Below the pieces are notes generated by a model. The model worked only from the letters and a program-made list of their open reading frames with translations. It did no database searches and was not told the origin of the DNA. From NCBI GenBank assembly GCA_044226015.1, contig JBGAHS010000003.1, positions 544,001 to 608,000 on the forward strand: 64,000 nt of DNA. Reading direction: 5' to 3'. This DNA is from Candidatus Obscuribacteraceae bacterium. Lineage in GTDB: Bacteria; Cyanobacteriota; Vampirovibrionia; Obscuribacterales; Obscuribacteraceae. Positions within the stretch are counted from its first letter, which is position 1; every line of letters starts with the position of its first letter. Of the stretch, positions 8,882 through 19,034 are shown piece after piece. The position numbers were made by a program, and so were the translations under genes.

Positions 8882-9488
8882 TTGTTAGCGCTAGTTGCGT
8901 CGGCAGCCTCGCATCGCAAAACACTTAGAGGAGCGCCAACAGTCCAATCCTTCTTCTTGCAGCTGACTCTCGAATAAACTGAAGATAGAGTTCTCGTGCC
9001 CCGTTGAATTTCTTCTGCAAGAAACCAGATTAACAAGCATTAAAAACCAACTTGAGCAATTGAAAGCAGCCAACAGCGCTGACCGAAAGCTTCAAATCCT
9101 TAAAACCAGGCTCTCTGACCCACTCGTGAATCGAGCGAAAAGCCAAGCCTGCTCAACTTCTGCAGAATTGCGACAAAAGTGAATGTCTTAAGAATTTTCT
9201 TGAGACAGGCATCAAATAGAAAGTGCCAGAGCGGCTCTTTTAGCGCAAGCTTGCAAAAGCTTTTCGGGCACAAATGCGGTATTTCCCACCACACATCGCC
9301 ACAAGCCTTGTGAACAGACAGTGCCATTGCGCAGGCTGAGAATCATCTTCTCCACCTACTCTGACTACTGCAACCAAACAACCACAGACGTTTCCCATCA
9401 AGCAACACTTTTCGCGCGACACCAAATATGGTGCCGCGCTGATTCTACATTGTCAATTAGCCAGTAAGAATTGGAGTCGAAAAAAAAT

Positions 9489-9854
9489 ATGCAGGTAGAT
9501 TGGTGCACCCAACCCACGGGTGCTATAGCTCAAGCAATCGAGATTTTCAAGCTAAAGTCACTTGGCTGGCGTGGCTTTGAAGAACTCGATTGGGTAAAAG
9601 CTATTCACTTCAAGTACCCTCTCGTCCGTGAAATCGCCTTGAAATGCTCTTCCATCAGGGGCACGATGATTGAGGAGGTTTTGCAATTGATTGCTTCAGC
9701 AAAGCCCGAGGATAAACCGATAATTCAAAGTTTCTTCGTTTGCAAACTTGCCCTCGAAGAACTGAGCTGCAGAATGAACGGAGCCGGGGCAGGCATGTGC
9801 GACAAACGCGCCGCCTACATGGAAATTTTTCATACCCTGGCAAAGTCCGTTTAA
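9489..9854 (+). CDS. Hypothetical protein
   Basis: 121-codon ORF with protein-like composition and GGAG upstream. Confidence 0.55.
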   Translation: MQVDWCTQPTGAIAQAIEIFKLKSLGWRGFEELDWVKAIHFKYPLVREIALKCSSIRGTMIEEVLQLIASAKPEDKPIIQSFFVCKLALEELSCRMNGAGAGMCDKRAAYMEIFHTLAKSV

Positions 9855-10100
9855 GCAGCAATAGCAAAGGCGGAACAGAGCACCACTCTGTTCGCTTTTG
9901 CATTTTAAAATGTTCTACTACGGCACTTCGTAAAGCAAGCAAATAACGAATAACAAAGACCAGAGGAAGGAAAAAGCGAGCTTGCGAAAAGCCCCAGTCC
10001 AGAATGCAGCAACAAACAGTGGCTGCTGTTCAACTCACACTGTTAATGGCAAAGCGAAGGGCTTACAGTTTTGGCTGGCCCGCAATTTTGGTGGATTGCT

Positions 10101-10361
10101 ATGAATTTGGAAGATCGCAAAGATACAACTTCCTCAATCGATGAAGGAAGCACAAACGCTCTCAGCCAGGAGGCACAGCGCCTGCAGCTAGCCGCTGCCA
10201 AAGCTGATTTACCTGACAAAGTAAGAATTGACCCAATTCCTCCGTGGAAACCAGACCCGCCATGCAACGGGCCTTTTGACCCATTTTGCAAACCAGACGA
10301 CCTACCCATGCCGTGGGACCCAAAACCAAAACCGAAACATCCTCCTAAGCGCAAAGGCTGA
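10101..10361 (+). CDS. Small Pro-rich protein with a two-Cys motif
   Basis: Acidic N-terminus, C-terminal PPCNGPFDPFCKP...PKPKPKHPPKRKG; GGTGG upstream. Confidence 0.6.
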   Translation: MNLEDRKDTTSSIDEGSTNALSQEAQRLQLAAAKADLPDKVRIDPIPPWKPDPPCNGPFDPFCKPDDLPMPWDPKPKPKHPPKRKG

Positions 10362-10456
10362 TAGCGGCAGAAACCTACTAATACCAATCGTAGCTCGTCC
10401 ACAAAAACGGCGAGCCAGAAAAGACGCAAGAGTGCGTCAGTTCTGGCCCGCGAAGT

Positions 10457-10825
10457 TTAGAAGTTGATCTGGTTATTGATGACCATCGAAGCGACAGTCA
10501 TAATCAGAGAAGCCCAGCATGCCGAGCCAAAGCTGCGCACATACAAGACCTCAGGCATGATCTCAGAAGCCAGCACGAAGGCTGTGCCATTGATCAGCAA
10601 GCCAATCAAACCGAAGAGAAGGACATTTGCCAGAATCGCCACTCCGAGAGTGGTGAGACCGACGATCATCCAGAGCCCAGTGTTCAGAAGCCCCACAAGA
10701 AGGAGGGTGAACAGGGCCCGGAAGAATCCTGCATTGCGAATCCTGACACCACCATCGGTGGCAGCAGGAACCACAACCAGCAGGACCAAGACCATCAGAA
10801 CGAGGCGTACAATCAGAGTTTCCAT
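10457..10825 (-). CDS. 4-TM phage-holin superfamily IV / YvlD-like membrane protein
   Basis: Four hydrophobic segments, GLLN...TLG...IN...V.SF.SA pattern; AAGGAG RBS. Confidence 0.75.
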   Translation of the reverse strand: METLIVRLVLMVLVLLVVVPAATDGGVRIRNAGFFRALFTLLLVGLLNTGLWMIVGLTTLGVAILANVLLFGLIGLLINGTAFVLASEIMPEVLYVRSFGSACWASLIMTVASMVINNQINF

Positions 10826-10856
10826 TTGTTCTCCTTTGGATCGGGTTAAGCCGTTT

Positions 10857-11543
10857 CTAGGCGGCTGGAGTTTGGTCCGCATCACATTGACTGTGTGAGC
10901 ACGAACAGATTGAACTCAGAACCTTAGTTAGAAGCGTATCTTGTGCGTCCATGAGGTAAAACCGTTGGAGAATTTCCTCCACAACCATGCACTTATAAAC
11001 ATGGTCGACTGCAGGGGCTAGATAGGCCAGGAATAGCACATCGAGCTCCTGCACACCCTCACCAGTTCGGTTAGGGACGATATACTCCATTGAGCGACAG
11101 AGACGCTTGAAGCCGAGTCTTTTGTAGAAACCAAAACGACGTGCGCGAATCGCAGTTTCATCCTGGCTGAGTTCAGAGTGCCGGGGATGAGTTGATTCGA
11201 TTTCCAGAACCATTCCGAGATGTTCAGGATAGTCGTTTTTGAGGCGCTCGATGAGCGCTCTCATGTGTTTGCTTCCATAGCCACCAGACCTCTGATTAGG
11301 GTCCACAGCAATGTAAGCAAGGAAGGCAAAGTTCGAAGCGAGAGAAACCATTGAAAAACACAGCAGCTCACCTTTTTTGCCAATCGTTTTGTGCAATAAC
11401 AAACGACCTTCATCGATGAGCTGTTGAAGTTTTTCCTCTGGCTCGCGCTCCGACTCGGGAAAAGCACTTGTGTAAAGAGCACGCCAGCTATCGTCGAGGA
11501 CAGAGCTGAGCTCACACAAGAGCACATGGCCGTCGGTACTCAT
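10857..11543 (-). CDS. GNAT-family N-acetyltransferase
   Basis: LYTSAFPESERE, YIAVDPNQRSGGYGS (acetyl-CoA motif A), RRFGFYKRLGF. Confidence 0.85.
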   Translation of the reverse strand: MSTDGHVLLCELSSVLDDSWRALYTSAFPESEREPEEKLQQLIDEGRLLLHKTIGKKGELLCFSMVSLASNFAFLAYIAVDPNQRSGGYGSKHMRALIERLKNDYPEHLGMVLEIESTHPRHSELSQDETAIRARRFGFYKRLGFKRLCRSMEYIVPNRTGEGVQELDVLFLAYLAPAVDHVYKCMVVEEILQRFYLMDAQDTLLTKVLSSICSCSHSQCDADQTPAA

Positions 11544-12145
11544 GGTGACTCCTCGCTCTCATGAGAGAGCTTTGGAACAACCAGCACCACTTTCGGGCCG
11601 AATTCACACGGGCGCCTGAGGCGTCTTCTTGGCTGCACTGCAGCAGGTAATCTGGAACTTACTTAGTTGGGCTGGGGACCGTGAGTGCGAGAAAGTGTGG
11701 CTGGAAAGAAAAATGCAACCTAACCTACTCAAGCAGACAGGCAAAGTAAACAGCAACACGGCAAAAATTCGGAAAAATCAGCAGGACAGAAAGTTTCAAA
11801 GCGCAACACACAGATAGCGCAACTTTGAATTCTTTGCAACGACAATTTGCGAAGCTAGTCCATTGGTTCGCTCTAAGCTTTCATACGAGACGCGCTAGGT
11901 ATTGGCAATAATGAGACCCATCAAACCCTTGCGGTGTTGCAGACCCAGAAGCCCACGCCTTAGTTTGAAGCCCTGCATCCTCATATCCACCTACCAAGGC
12001 TAGAAAACACACCTCCAAAGCCACTTCTACAGCCAGTTCGCCTCTGAGTACGCCCGTGGTGCGTATCGGCAACATGTAGCTCTTCTGGATGCAGCAGTTT
12101 CTCATCGGGCTACGCTCGGTACCTCCAACACGAAAGAACATCACT

Positions 12146-13912
12146 ATGTGGTTCAAAAGCTTTCTCATCGCACTTTGTGCGATCGGTTTCAGTTCCGTTT
12201 CCTCTAGTGCAGCAGAGCAGGTAGACTGCACGGTCATCGTCGATCAGAACAGTGTCCAACCCGGTCACACTGCCAAGATTGGCGTTGAGCTCACTATTCC
12301 TCAAGGGCAGCACATCTACGGTCGCGAGCCCGGAGACACCGGGTTCCCAACCTCCATCGAATGGATTCTTCCCGAAGGAGTGCAGGTCGAAGGGCTCAAC
12401 TGGCCCCAAGCACAGCGCTTCGAAGAAGAAGGACTGGTCAGTAATGGCTACCTGAAAAAGGTTTTGCTCTGGACGAATTTGCACGTGTCCGAACGCTACA
12501 ACTCGGCTGAAATCAAGATTCAAGCTCGGGTTAAGTGGCTTGCCTGCGGCGAAGGTCACTGCATTCCAGGACAAAAAGAACTAGTCTTCGTGCTTCCAGT
12601 CAGCTCCTCAGCTCCAGTTCCGAGCCAAGCAGCAAGCAGCTTTCCGGCATCGACAGCTCCCGCAGCTCAGACTCCGGCCGGCTCGACAGGAACGCTATCA
12701 CTGCCTTACTGCATCTTGCTGGCGTTCGCGGCAGGGCTCTTGCTCAACTTGATGCCATGCGTTCTGCCTGTTCTGGGGCTCAAAGTAATGAGCCTGGCGA
12801 AACAATCGCAAGGAAGCCGATTGAAGAGCATACAGCTCGGGCTGGCGTACTCGGCAGGAACAATCGCCACCTTCGCAGTGTTGGCGACCTTCATCCTAGT
12901 CGCTCGCTCTTCAGGAGTGACGCTCGGCTGGGGCTTCCAATTCCAATCGCTGACCTATCTGGTAATGATGTGCAGCATCATTTGCTTGATGACGCTCAGT
13001 CTTTTCGGCATGTTTTACGTGCAAATTCAGACAGGCGTGCAATCGCTAGAAGATGTCGCCTCTCGCGGAGGACTCATCGCAGCGTTCGCCCGCGGAGCAT
13101 CTGCCACACTTCTCTCGACACCATGCAGCGCACCGCTGCTCGGTACCGCACTGGGTTTCGCCCTGGGACAGCCTGCCATCTGGGTTGTATGCGTGCTCTT
13201 GAGCGTGGGCGCAGGGCTAGCATCACCATATATGGTGCTGAGCTGCTTCCCCTCGTGGCTTAAGTTTCTGCCAAAACCAGGCGACTGGATGGAACGCTTC
13301 AAAGAAGCGATGGGCTTCTTGATGCTCGGAACTCTGGTTTGGATGCTCTCAGTCATTTTGAATGTCGCCGGAGGAGCGGCTTTGATTGGATGCATCATGT
13401 TCCTCTTCACCCTTACGCTTGCGACCTGGGGCGTGGTACGTTTCGCCTCCGCAGAAAGTACGCTACTCAGGAAGTCTATCGTCTGGGCATTAGCTGCAGC
13501 CCTCTGCGCTGGTAGCTTCTACAAGAATGTCTACTCTGTAGACAGTTCCGCGCCAGCAGCTAGCGAGCATTCTGGGCTAGCTGTATATAGCGAAGCGAGC
13601 CTGGAATCGCATCTGGCGCAGGGCAAGACCGTCCTGGTGGATGTAACTGCAGAGTGGTGCCTGACCTGCAAGCTGAACGAGAGCATTCTCGCCAGCACCG
13701 CAGTCACGGAAGCGATGCAGAAAAACAACGTCCTGATGATGAGAGCTGATTGGACACGCGGCGATGAAAACGTCAGCAAGTTGCTGAAACGATTTTCGCG
13801 CCCCGGCGTACCGATGTACGTCATCTTCCAGCCCGGCAAAGAACCAGTCGTTCTTCCTGAACTACTGACTCCCAGCATCGTCATCGATGCAATTGAAACT
13901 ACGAACAAATAG
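12146..13912 (+). CDS. dsbD: Thiol:disulfide interchange protein DsbD family
   Basis: Signal peptide, WLAC...CIP N-domain, LNLMPCVLP and STPCSAP in TM domain, TAEWCLTCK thioredoxin domain. Confidence 0.92.
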   Translation: MWFKSFLIALCAIGFSSVSSSAAEQVDCTVIVDQNSVQPGHTAKIGVELTIPQGQHIYGREPGDTGFPTSIEWILPEGVQVEGLNWPQAQRFEEEGLVSNGYLKKVLLWTNLHVSERYNSAEIKIQARVKWLACGEGHCIPGQKELVFVLPVSSSAPVPSQAASSFPASTAPAAQTPAGSTGTLSLPYCILLAFAAGLLLNLMPCVLPVLGLKVMSLAKQSQGSRLKSIQLGLAYSAGTIATFAVLATFILVARSSGVTLGWGFQFQSLTYLVMMCSIICLMTLSLFGMFYVQIQTGVQSLEDVASRGGLIAAFARGASATLLSTPCSAPLLGTALGFALGQPAIWVVCVLLSVGAGLASPYMVLSCFPSWLKFLPKPGDWMERFKEAMGFLMLGTLVWMLSVILNVAGGAALIGCIMFLFTLTLATWGVVRFASAESTLLRKSIVWALAAALCAGSFYKNVYSVDSSAPAASEHSGLAVYSEASLESHLAQGKTVLVDVTAEWCLTCKLNESILASTAVTEAMQKNNVLMMRADWTRGDENVSKLLKRFSRPGVPMYVIFQPGKEPVVLPELLTPSIVIDAIETTNK

Positions 13913-13980
13913 GTCTGATGCCGGGAAGCAGGTTAGTTCCCGGCCATTTCCACAAGCACTTCGATCTCGAAAGAAAAGTC

Positions 13981-14427
13981 ATGTCTCTATCAAAGAAACT
14001 CTTCACCCTGTGCATGCTAACGCTTGCGATTCCGTCCAACGCCACCTTACTCGCGCAGACTAGCACGGTTCCGAGCTCTGAGCTTCAACAGGCGAGCGAC
14101 TCGTCTCCGGTGAAGCAGCTGAGCTCAGTAAACTTCAAATCAGAAGTCGAGGACTCCGACATCCCAGTCATCGTCGACTTCTACGCTAGCTGGTGCGGTC
14201 CTTGCAAGATGCTCAAGCCGAACCTGGAAACAATTGCCCGCGAATTCAAGGGCAAGGTAAAAGTCGTGAAAATCGACATTGACCAGTGCCCAGACCTCGC
14301 GCAACGATTCAACATCACGCAGGTTCCCTCCTTGCTTATCTTCAAAGATGGCAAAGTTAAAGAGCGCAAAATCGGCTTCCAATCGGTCGATAAGCTCCGC
14401 GGAACCTGCAACGATCTGAGCAAATAA
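13981..14427 (+). CDS. Exported thioredoxin
   Basis: DFYASWCGPCK; N-terminal signal-like peptide; downstream of dsbD. Confidence 0.92.
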   Translation: MSLSKKLFTLCMLTLAIPSNATLLAQTSTVPSSELQQASDSSPVKQLSSVNFKSEVEDSDIPVIVDFYASWCGPCKMLKPNLETIAREFKGKVKVVKIDIDQCPDLAQRFNITQVPSLLIFKDGKVKERKIGFQSVDKLRGTCNDLSK

Positions 14428-14463
14428 TTTGCAAACACGATGCAAATCTGCTTGCAGATTAAA

Positions 14464-14512
14464 CCGAAAGCGATGCGAAGCCAACCACTTCGCATCGCTT
14501 TTCGGCCTTTTT
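14464..14512 (+). terminator. Intrinsic terminator
   Basis: ccgaaagcgatgcgaag / cttcgcatcgcttttcgg hairpin followed by ccttttt. Confidence 0.8.
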
Positions 14513-14600
14513 GACTCAGAACTACTAAAAGCATCGAACCAGAGAAAAAGAAAAATCCCCGCACTAGGACGGAGATTTTTTCGTCTTTTTGTATTTTAAA

Positions 14601-15272
14601 TTACATCTTGGAAGTAAGCTGAGGACGGGCGTCGTCTCTGACGTTTTGGACTTCGTTTACAGGCAAGAATTGTCCTTTTTCTTCATCGTAGGCGAACACT
14701 TCACCACTCTGGAATTTATAAACCCATCCATGGAGATTCAGTACACCACGAGCAAGAGCTGCTGCTACAGCGGGATGCGTCTTCAAATTTTCCAGTTGCA
14801 CCAAGACATTTTCCTGAATTGCAACGTTCAATGTTTGACCTTCATCCAACTTAAGGTCGCAATAGTTTTCGTCAACAATCCGCTTTGCCGCATGCGCGTG
14901 AGACAGCCACGAGCGAACCGAAGGCAATCTGTCGAGCGACTCTGGATGCAACAGTCCGTTTACGGCTCCACACAAAGAGTGTCCACAAACAATGATGTCG
15001 CGCACACCAAGCGCCGCAATCGCAAACTCGATTGTCGCGATTTCGCCACTAACCACAGTTCCATAAGCAGGCACGATATTGCCGGCGTTTCTGAGAATGA
15101 ACAGATCTCCTGGATTAGCTTGCGTTATCAGGCTTGGGTCCACTCGCGAATCCGAGCAGGTGATGAACAGCGCATCTGGAGACTGCCCCTCTGATAATCT
15201 GGAAAACAGTTCTTTCTGCTTAGAAAAAACGTTCGACTGAAAATGGTGAAAACCAGCTATGAGTTTCTGCAT
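14601..15272 (-). CDS. Beta-class carbonic anhydrase
   Basis: [31 protein letters not shown]. Confidence 0.95.
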   Translation of the reverse strand: MQKLIAGFHHFQSNVFSKQKELFSRLSEGQSPDALFITCSDSRVDPSLITQANPGDLFILRNAGNIVPAYGTVVSGEIATIEFAIAALGVRDIIVCGHSLCGAVNGLLHPESLDRLPSVRSWLSHAHAAKRIVDENYCDLKLDEGQTLNVAIQENVLVQLENLKTHPAVAAALARGVLNLHGWVYKFQSGEVFAYDEEKGQFLPVNEVQNVRDDARPQLTSKM

Positions 15273-15511
15273 TTCTACTCCTGAGCTTATGACGATGGAT
15301 CGATCTTACTTCACCAATCTTTCGCCTAACCGTCGTGAATGCCAACAGAAGCATGAATTAAGGGGATCTTTCTACCAAAAAAATATTCAGAAAGTCTTGT
15401 CGTAATCACTTAACCACTGGTAACAATTTCGTTTGGATTGACTCCTTGCCTTGCATCGACCACTTCCTGCAAACAGCATTTATACTATATATATGAATAG
15501 AACACCGCAGC

Positions 15512-15557
15512 AAAAAAGGTTCTGGGAGAAGAGCATCACTGCCCCTTCCCCCAGAAC
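15512..15557 (-). terminator. Intrinsic terminator of pepP
   Basis: gttctggg...cccagaac hairpin with a T6 tract on the minus strand. Confidence 0.65.
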
Positions 15558-15580
15558 AAATCTTGTCCGCCAGACATAGT

Positions 15581-16951
15581 CTAGCGACGAGACATCAGCG
15601 ACTCGATTTCCGCAACAGATTTAGGAACTGCGGCAGTCAGAACTTCATTGCCATCGCTTGTGATAACAATGTCGTCCTCGATGCGAATGCCGATGCCACG
15701 GTAACGAGCTGGAACACGCATCTCGTCTTTCTTAATGTAGAGCCCTGGTTCAATCGTGAGAACCATGCCCGGCTCAAGGATGCGACGCTTGGGGCAAGCG
15801 AGACTCTGCTGTTCAGAATCGTTTTTATCGTTGTAGTCGCCCACATCGTGAACATCGATTCCAAGCCAGTGGCTGGTTCCATGCGGCATGAAGTCTCTGA
15901 AACTGAGCCCTTTGCCGTCCGAGCTAGCGCCCAGAAGACCAAGCTTTTTCAGACCATCGAGCAAAACTTGCTTCGCCGCTTCATGCACATGAATCAAGCG
16001 CGCCCCAGGCTTTGCAGCGTTGATGGCAGCAACTTGAGCACTGAGCACAAGCTCATAGAGCTCTTTTTGTGCTTCGCTGAACTTACCATTGGCAGGAAAA
16101 GTGCGCGTGATGTCGGCCGCATAGCCTCCATTGCGAGAACCAAATTCAGCCCCGGCATCGATAAGCACCAACTGCCCATCCTGCACAATGTCCGTGTTCT
16201 CGACGTAATGCAGAACGCACGCATTGCTGCCCGAAGCCACTATAGTTCCATACGCAGGTGCAGTTGCGGCAGCAGCCTTGAAGACGAACTCCAGAACCGC
16301 CTGCAATTGGAACTCTCCCACGCCGGGACGACATGAAAGCATGGCTTGCTTGTGCGCCTCAGCTGAGACATCAGCCGCATGGCGAAGCAGGTTCAACTCT
16401 TCTGCGTCTTTGAACAGTCGCATCTCATTGAGAATGCTCTTCGGATCAAAAAGCGGCTTCTGATTTTCCTTCCACAACTTGCGGAATTTCTTGTCGAAGC
16501 TGCTGTTGGAGCCAAAGCTGTAGTAGACCTGTTCAGCCTTTTTCAAGAAGGCGCCTACAACTTGCTCAAAGTTGGCGATGGGATGAGCTTCATCAGCAAG
16601 GTACTGATTCTTTGCTCCCTCAACGCCAAATCTGATTCCGTGCCAGGTCTCCTGCATCAAATCCTTTTGCTGAACAAGCATTGTGACTTGCTTGTTGCCG
16701 CCGAACTTAGTGATGATGAGAACTGAATCGGGTTCGGGAAAGCCGTTCAGATAGACGATCTCTGACGACTGCCTGTAAGAGAAACGAGTGTCATTGCTGC
16801 GTGTACATTCGGGATTGCTCACAAGAATGCATACGGAATTGTCAGCCATCTGTTGCCAGAGCCGGCTCAAACGAGACTCGTAATTGGATTTTGAGATGAC
16901 AGGAACTGCCGAACAAGTCGGCAGCCTGGCAAATAGTTTCTTGTTGCTCAT
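15581..16951 (-). CDS. pepP: Xaa-Pro aminopeptidase (M24B)
   Basis: LIDAGAE, ADITRTFP, HGTSHWLGIDVHD, TIEPGLY, GIRIEDD; GGAGG RBS. Confidence 0.95.
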   Translation of the reverse strand: MSNKKLFARLPTCSAVPVISKSNYESRLSRLWQQMADNSVCILVSNPECTRSNDTRFSYRQSSEIVYLNGFPEPDSVLIITKFGGNKQVTMLVQQKDLMQETWHGIRFGVEGAKNQYLADEAHPIANFEQVVGAFLKKAEQVYYSFGSNSSFDKKFRKLWKENQKPLFDPKSILNEMRLFKDAEELNLLRHAADVSAEAHKQAMLSCRPGVGEFQLQAVLEFVFKAAAATAPAYGTIVASGSNACVLHYVENTDIVQDGQLVLIDAGAEFGSRNGGYAADITRTFPANGKFSEAQKELYELVLSAQVAAINAAKPGARLIHVHEAAKQVLLDGLKKLGLLGASSDGKGLSFRDFMPHGTSHWLGIDVHDVGDYNDKNDSEQQSLACPKRRILEPGMVLTIEPGLYIKKDEMRVPARYRGIGIRIEDDIVITSDGNEVLTAAVPKSVAEIESLMSRR

Positions 16952-17482
16952 GTTAAGCCTCCGGAAAGGGGCGCAGCAAGCGTCCCTCGCCATTCGTGTT
17001 TATGGATCTGTTAGGTAGACATACTCCTTCAGCCAGATGAAGCCGAACAGAAAACAGAAACCAGGACGACAACAAACTCAGCGAAAGTTTTCGCTGGCTC
17101 ATTGCGCGAGTCTGTCTGTTTATGAGGTCGGGGGTCTCTTGTTGCGGGTTGAGGGAATTTGTTCGGACACTACGGCATTGGGCACCTGCAATTCCAGCAT
17201 GGAGCTTTAGATTTCACTGAGAAAAGAACCCGGCACCTTTCTACAGCGACTTTTCTAGCAATGAGCACAAGGGCAAAAGCCTGACAGCAAGCTGCTTTCC
17301 GAGCATCCATTCGCAATTAGCGCAACTAAAACAAGCTTCACGAGCTAAGCCACTAAGCAAAAAAAAAAGACTGCATCGAACTCCACTGCAGCACCACACA
17401 CCGCTAATGGTGGCAAGAAAACGATGATTTAAAATGCAAAAAGAGAACAAGAATTCGAGAGCATTTGCTTGTTGGAGCTTTT

Positions 17483-17665
17483 AAAAAAGAAAAAGCCTCA
17501 GTGACAGCTTGTGTTAGGCGTCCGGTAAAGGACACAAAACACTCACTATCACTGAGGCAGTTCTTCACCAGGAAGGTGCGAGGATGTGCAGCATTTCTGC
17601 CGCATCACCCCCGCACTCTCCCAGTTCAGACTTGCGGTTGAAACGCCGGACTAGCCGGTATTTCC
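17483..17665 (-). terminator. Structured 3' trailer of tldD-pmbA: three hairpins, the last an intrinsic terminator
   Basis: Hairpins at about 17640-17664, 17567-17624 (GAAA loop) and 17495-17558, followed by ttttctttttt on the minus strand. Confidence 0.75.
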
Positions 17666-18994
17666 TTACTCGCCCGCGAGCATCATCTTGTTGATCTTGA
17701 GGGTCGGCGAGTTGACCGACGACCTGAACACCAAATCGTTGCCCACCGCATCGATGCCTTGCAGCATACCGATGATGTGGCCAGCAACTGTGATTCCTTG
17801 CACCGGGAACGCGAACTTGCCGTTCTCGATCCAGATGCCGGAAGCACCAACCGAGTAATCCCCGGTGGTGGCGTTGAAACCGAGCCCCGAAGCGCTGGTC
17901 AGGTAGAGGCCGCTTTCGACCGAGGCGATGAGCTCCTCGACCGGCGTCTCACCATTCTGCACGTAGAGATTCGAGGTGCTGCCGCCGTTCGGAGTCTCGC
18001 CGAGCTTGCGCGCGGAATAGATGCCGAGGAGGTAGCACTCCAGAGTGCCCTTGTCGACGATGACGCGCTTGCGCGTGGGCAGACCCTCGGAGTCGATCGG
18101 ACGCGAAGCCAGACCGCCGATGATATGGGGGTCATCGACGATGGTGATGAGCTTCGACGCGACCTGCGTGCCACGCTTGTCCACCAGGAAGGACGACTTC
18201 CGGTAGATCTGCGCACCAGAGGCGGCGCCGACGAGCTGGCTGATGAGCCGAGCAGCGGACTGCGGGTCGTAGATGACCGGGCAGGTCTGCGACTTCACAC
18301 GGCGCGGGTTGAGCTGCCGAACGGCATGCTCAGCCGCGATGCGACCGATTTCATCCGCCGACTGCAAGGTCGACAGCTTGCGGCTCGAAGAGCCCCAGCC
18401 GCCAATCTGCATGACTCCATCGCCCGCGGGGTCCGAGGCGATGACGGCGGCCGACAGCGAGCAGGCGCTGGTCTCGTAAGCGACCGAGAGCCCACGCGAA
18501 TTCGCCCGAACGATGATGTTCATCTCGTCGGAGAAGCCGCAGCCGCGGGAGTTGGCGACGCGCTTGTCGGCTTCCATGGCAGCCTTCTCGGCAGCCAGAG
18601 CGAGCTCGACCTTCTTCTCGACCGGAAGCTTGGAGGCCTCGTCATCGAAAAGTCCGAGGTCCGGCACGTTGTTGGAGTAGGCGGAAGCATCGGCCAGACC
18701 TGCGGTCGGGTCTTCCGGCGCAAGCTTGGCGACTTCGATGGTGTCCCCGATGAGCTTCGTCAGCACGGACTGATCGAGGTTGCTCGTGGAAATGGAGGCG
18801 TGCCGCTGACCGACGAAGGCGCGGAACTCGAGCTCCTGGGTCTGTGCACCCTGAAGTTCCTCGACATTGCCCACACGAACGCCGACCTCGACGGACTCCC
18901 CGACGCCGATCGTGACTTCACAGTCCGTCGCGCCGAGGCGTTTGGCTTCAGCGACCACGAAATCCGCGATCGCTTTCAATTGCTGCTTATTCAT
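17666..18994 (-). CDS. pmbA: Metalloprotease PmbA/TldE
   Basis: SFLVDKRG, IVDDP, DSEG, TGDYSVGASG, ITVAG; lacks HExxxH; GAGG RBS. Confidence 0.92.
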   Translation of the reverse strand: MNKQQLKAIADFVVAEAKRLGATDCEVTIGVGESVEVGVRVGNVEELQGAQTQELEFRAFVGQRHASISTSNLDQSVLTKLIGDTIEVAKLAPEDPTAGLADASAYSNNVPDLGLFDDEASKLPVEKKVELALAAEKAAMEADKRVANSRGCGFSDEMNIIVRANSRGLSVAYETSACSLSAAVIASDPAGDGVMQIGGWGSSSRKLSTLQSADEIGRIAAEHAVRQLNPRRVKSQTCPVIYDPQSAARLISQLVGAASGAQIYRKSSFLVDKRGTQVASKLITIVDDPHIIGGLASRPIDSEGLPTRKRVIVDKGTLECYLLGIYSARKLGETPNGGSTSNLYVQNGETPVEELIASVESGLYLTSASGLGFNATTGDYSVGASGIWIENGKFAFPVQGITVAGHIIGMLQGIDAVGNDLVFRSSVNSPTLKINKMMLAGE

Positions 18995-19034
18995 AGCATT
19001 GTCCTCTTTTGAGTTAGAAGGTGAAAGGAGCGGA

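Noticed and set aside
8882..9470. Long intergenic gaps here and at 11544-12145
   Set aside because: Only short isolated palindromes and unconvincing small ORFs; no array or extended structure could be supported
17221..17236. RNase P RNA 3' signature (agaacccggc)
   Set aside because: No GAGGAAAGUCC element upstream and the following bases do not match
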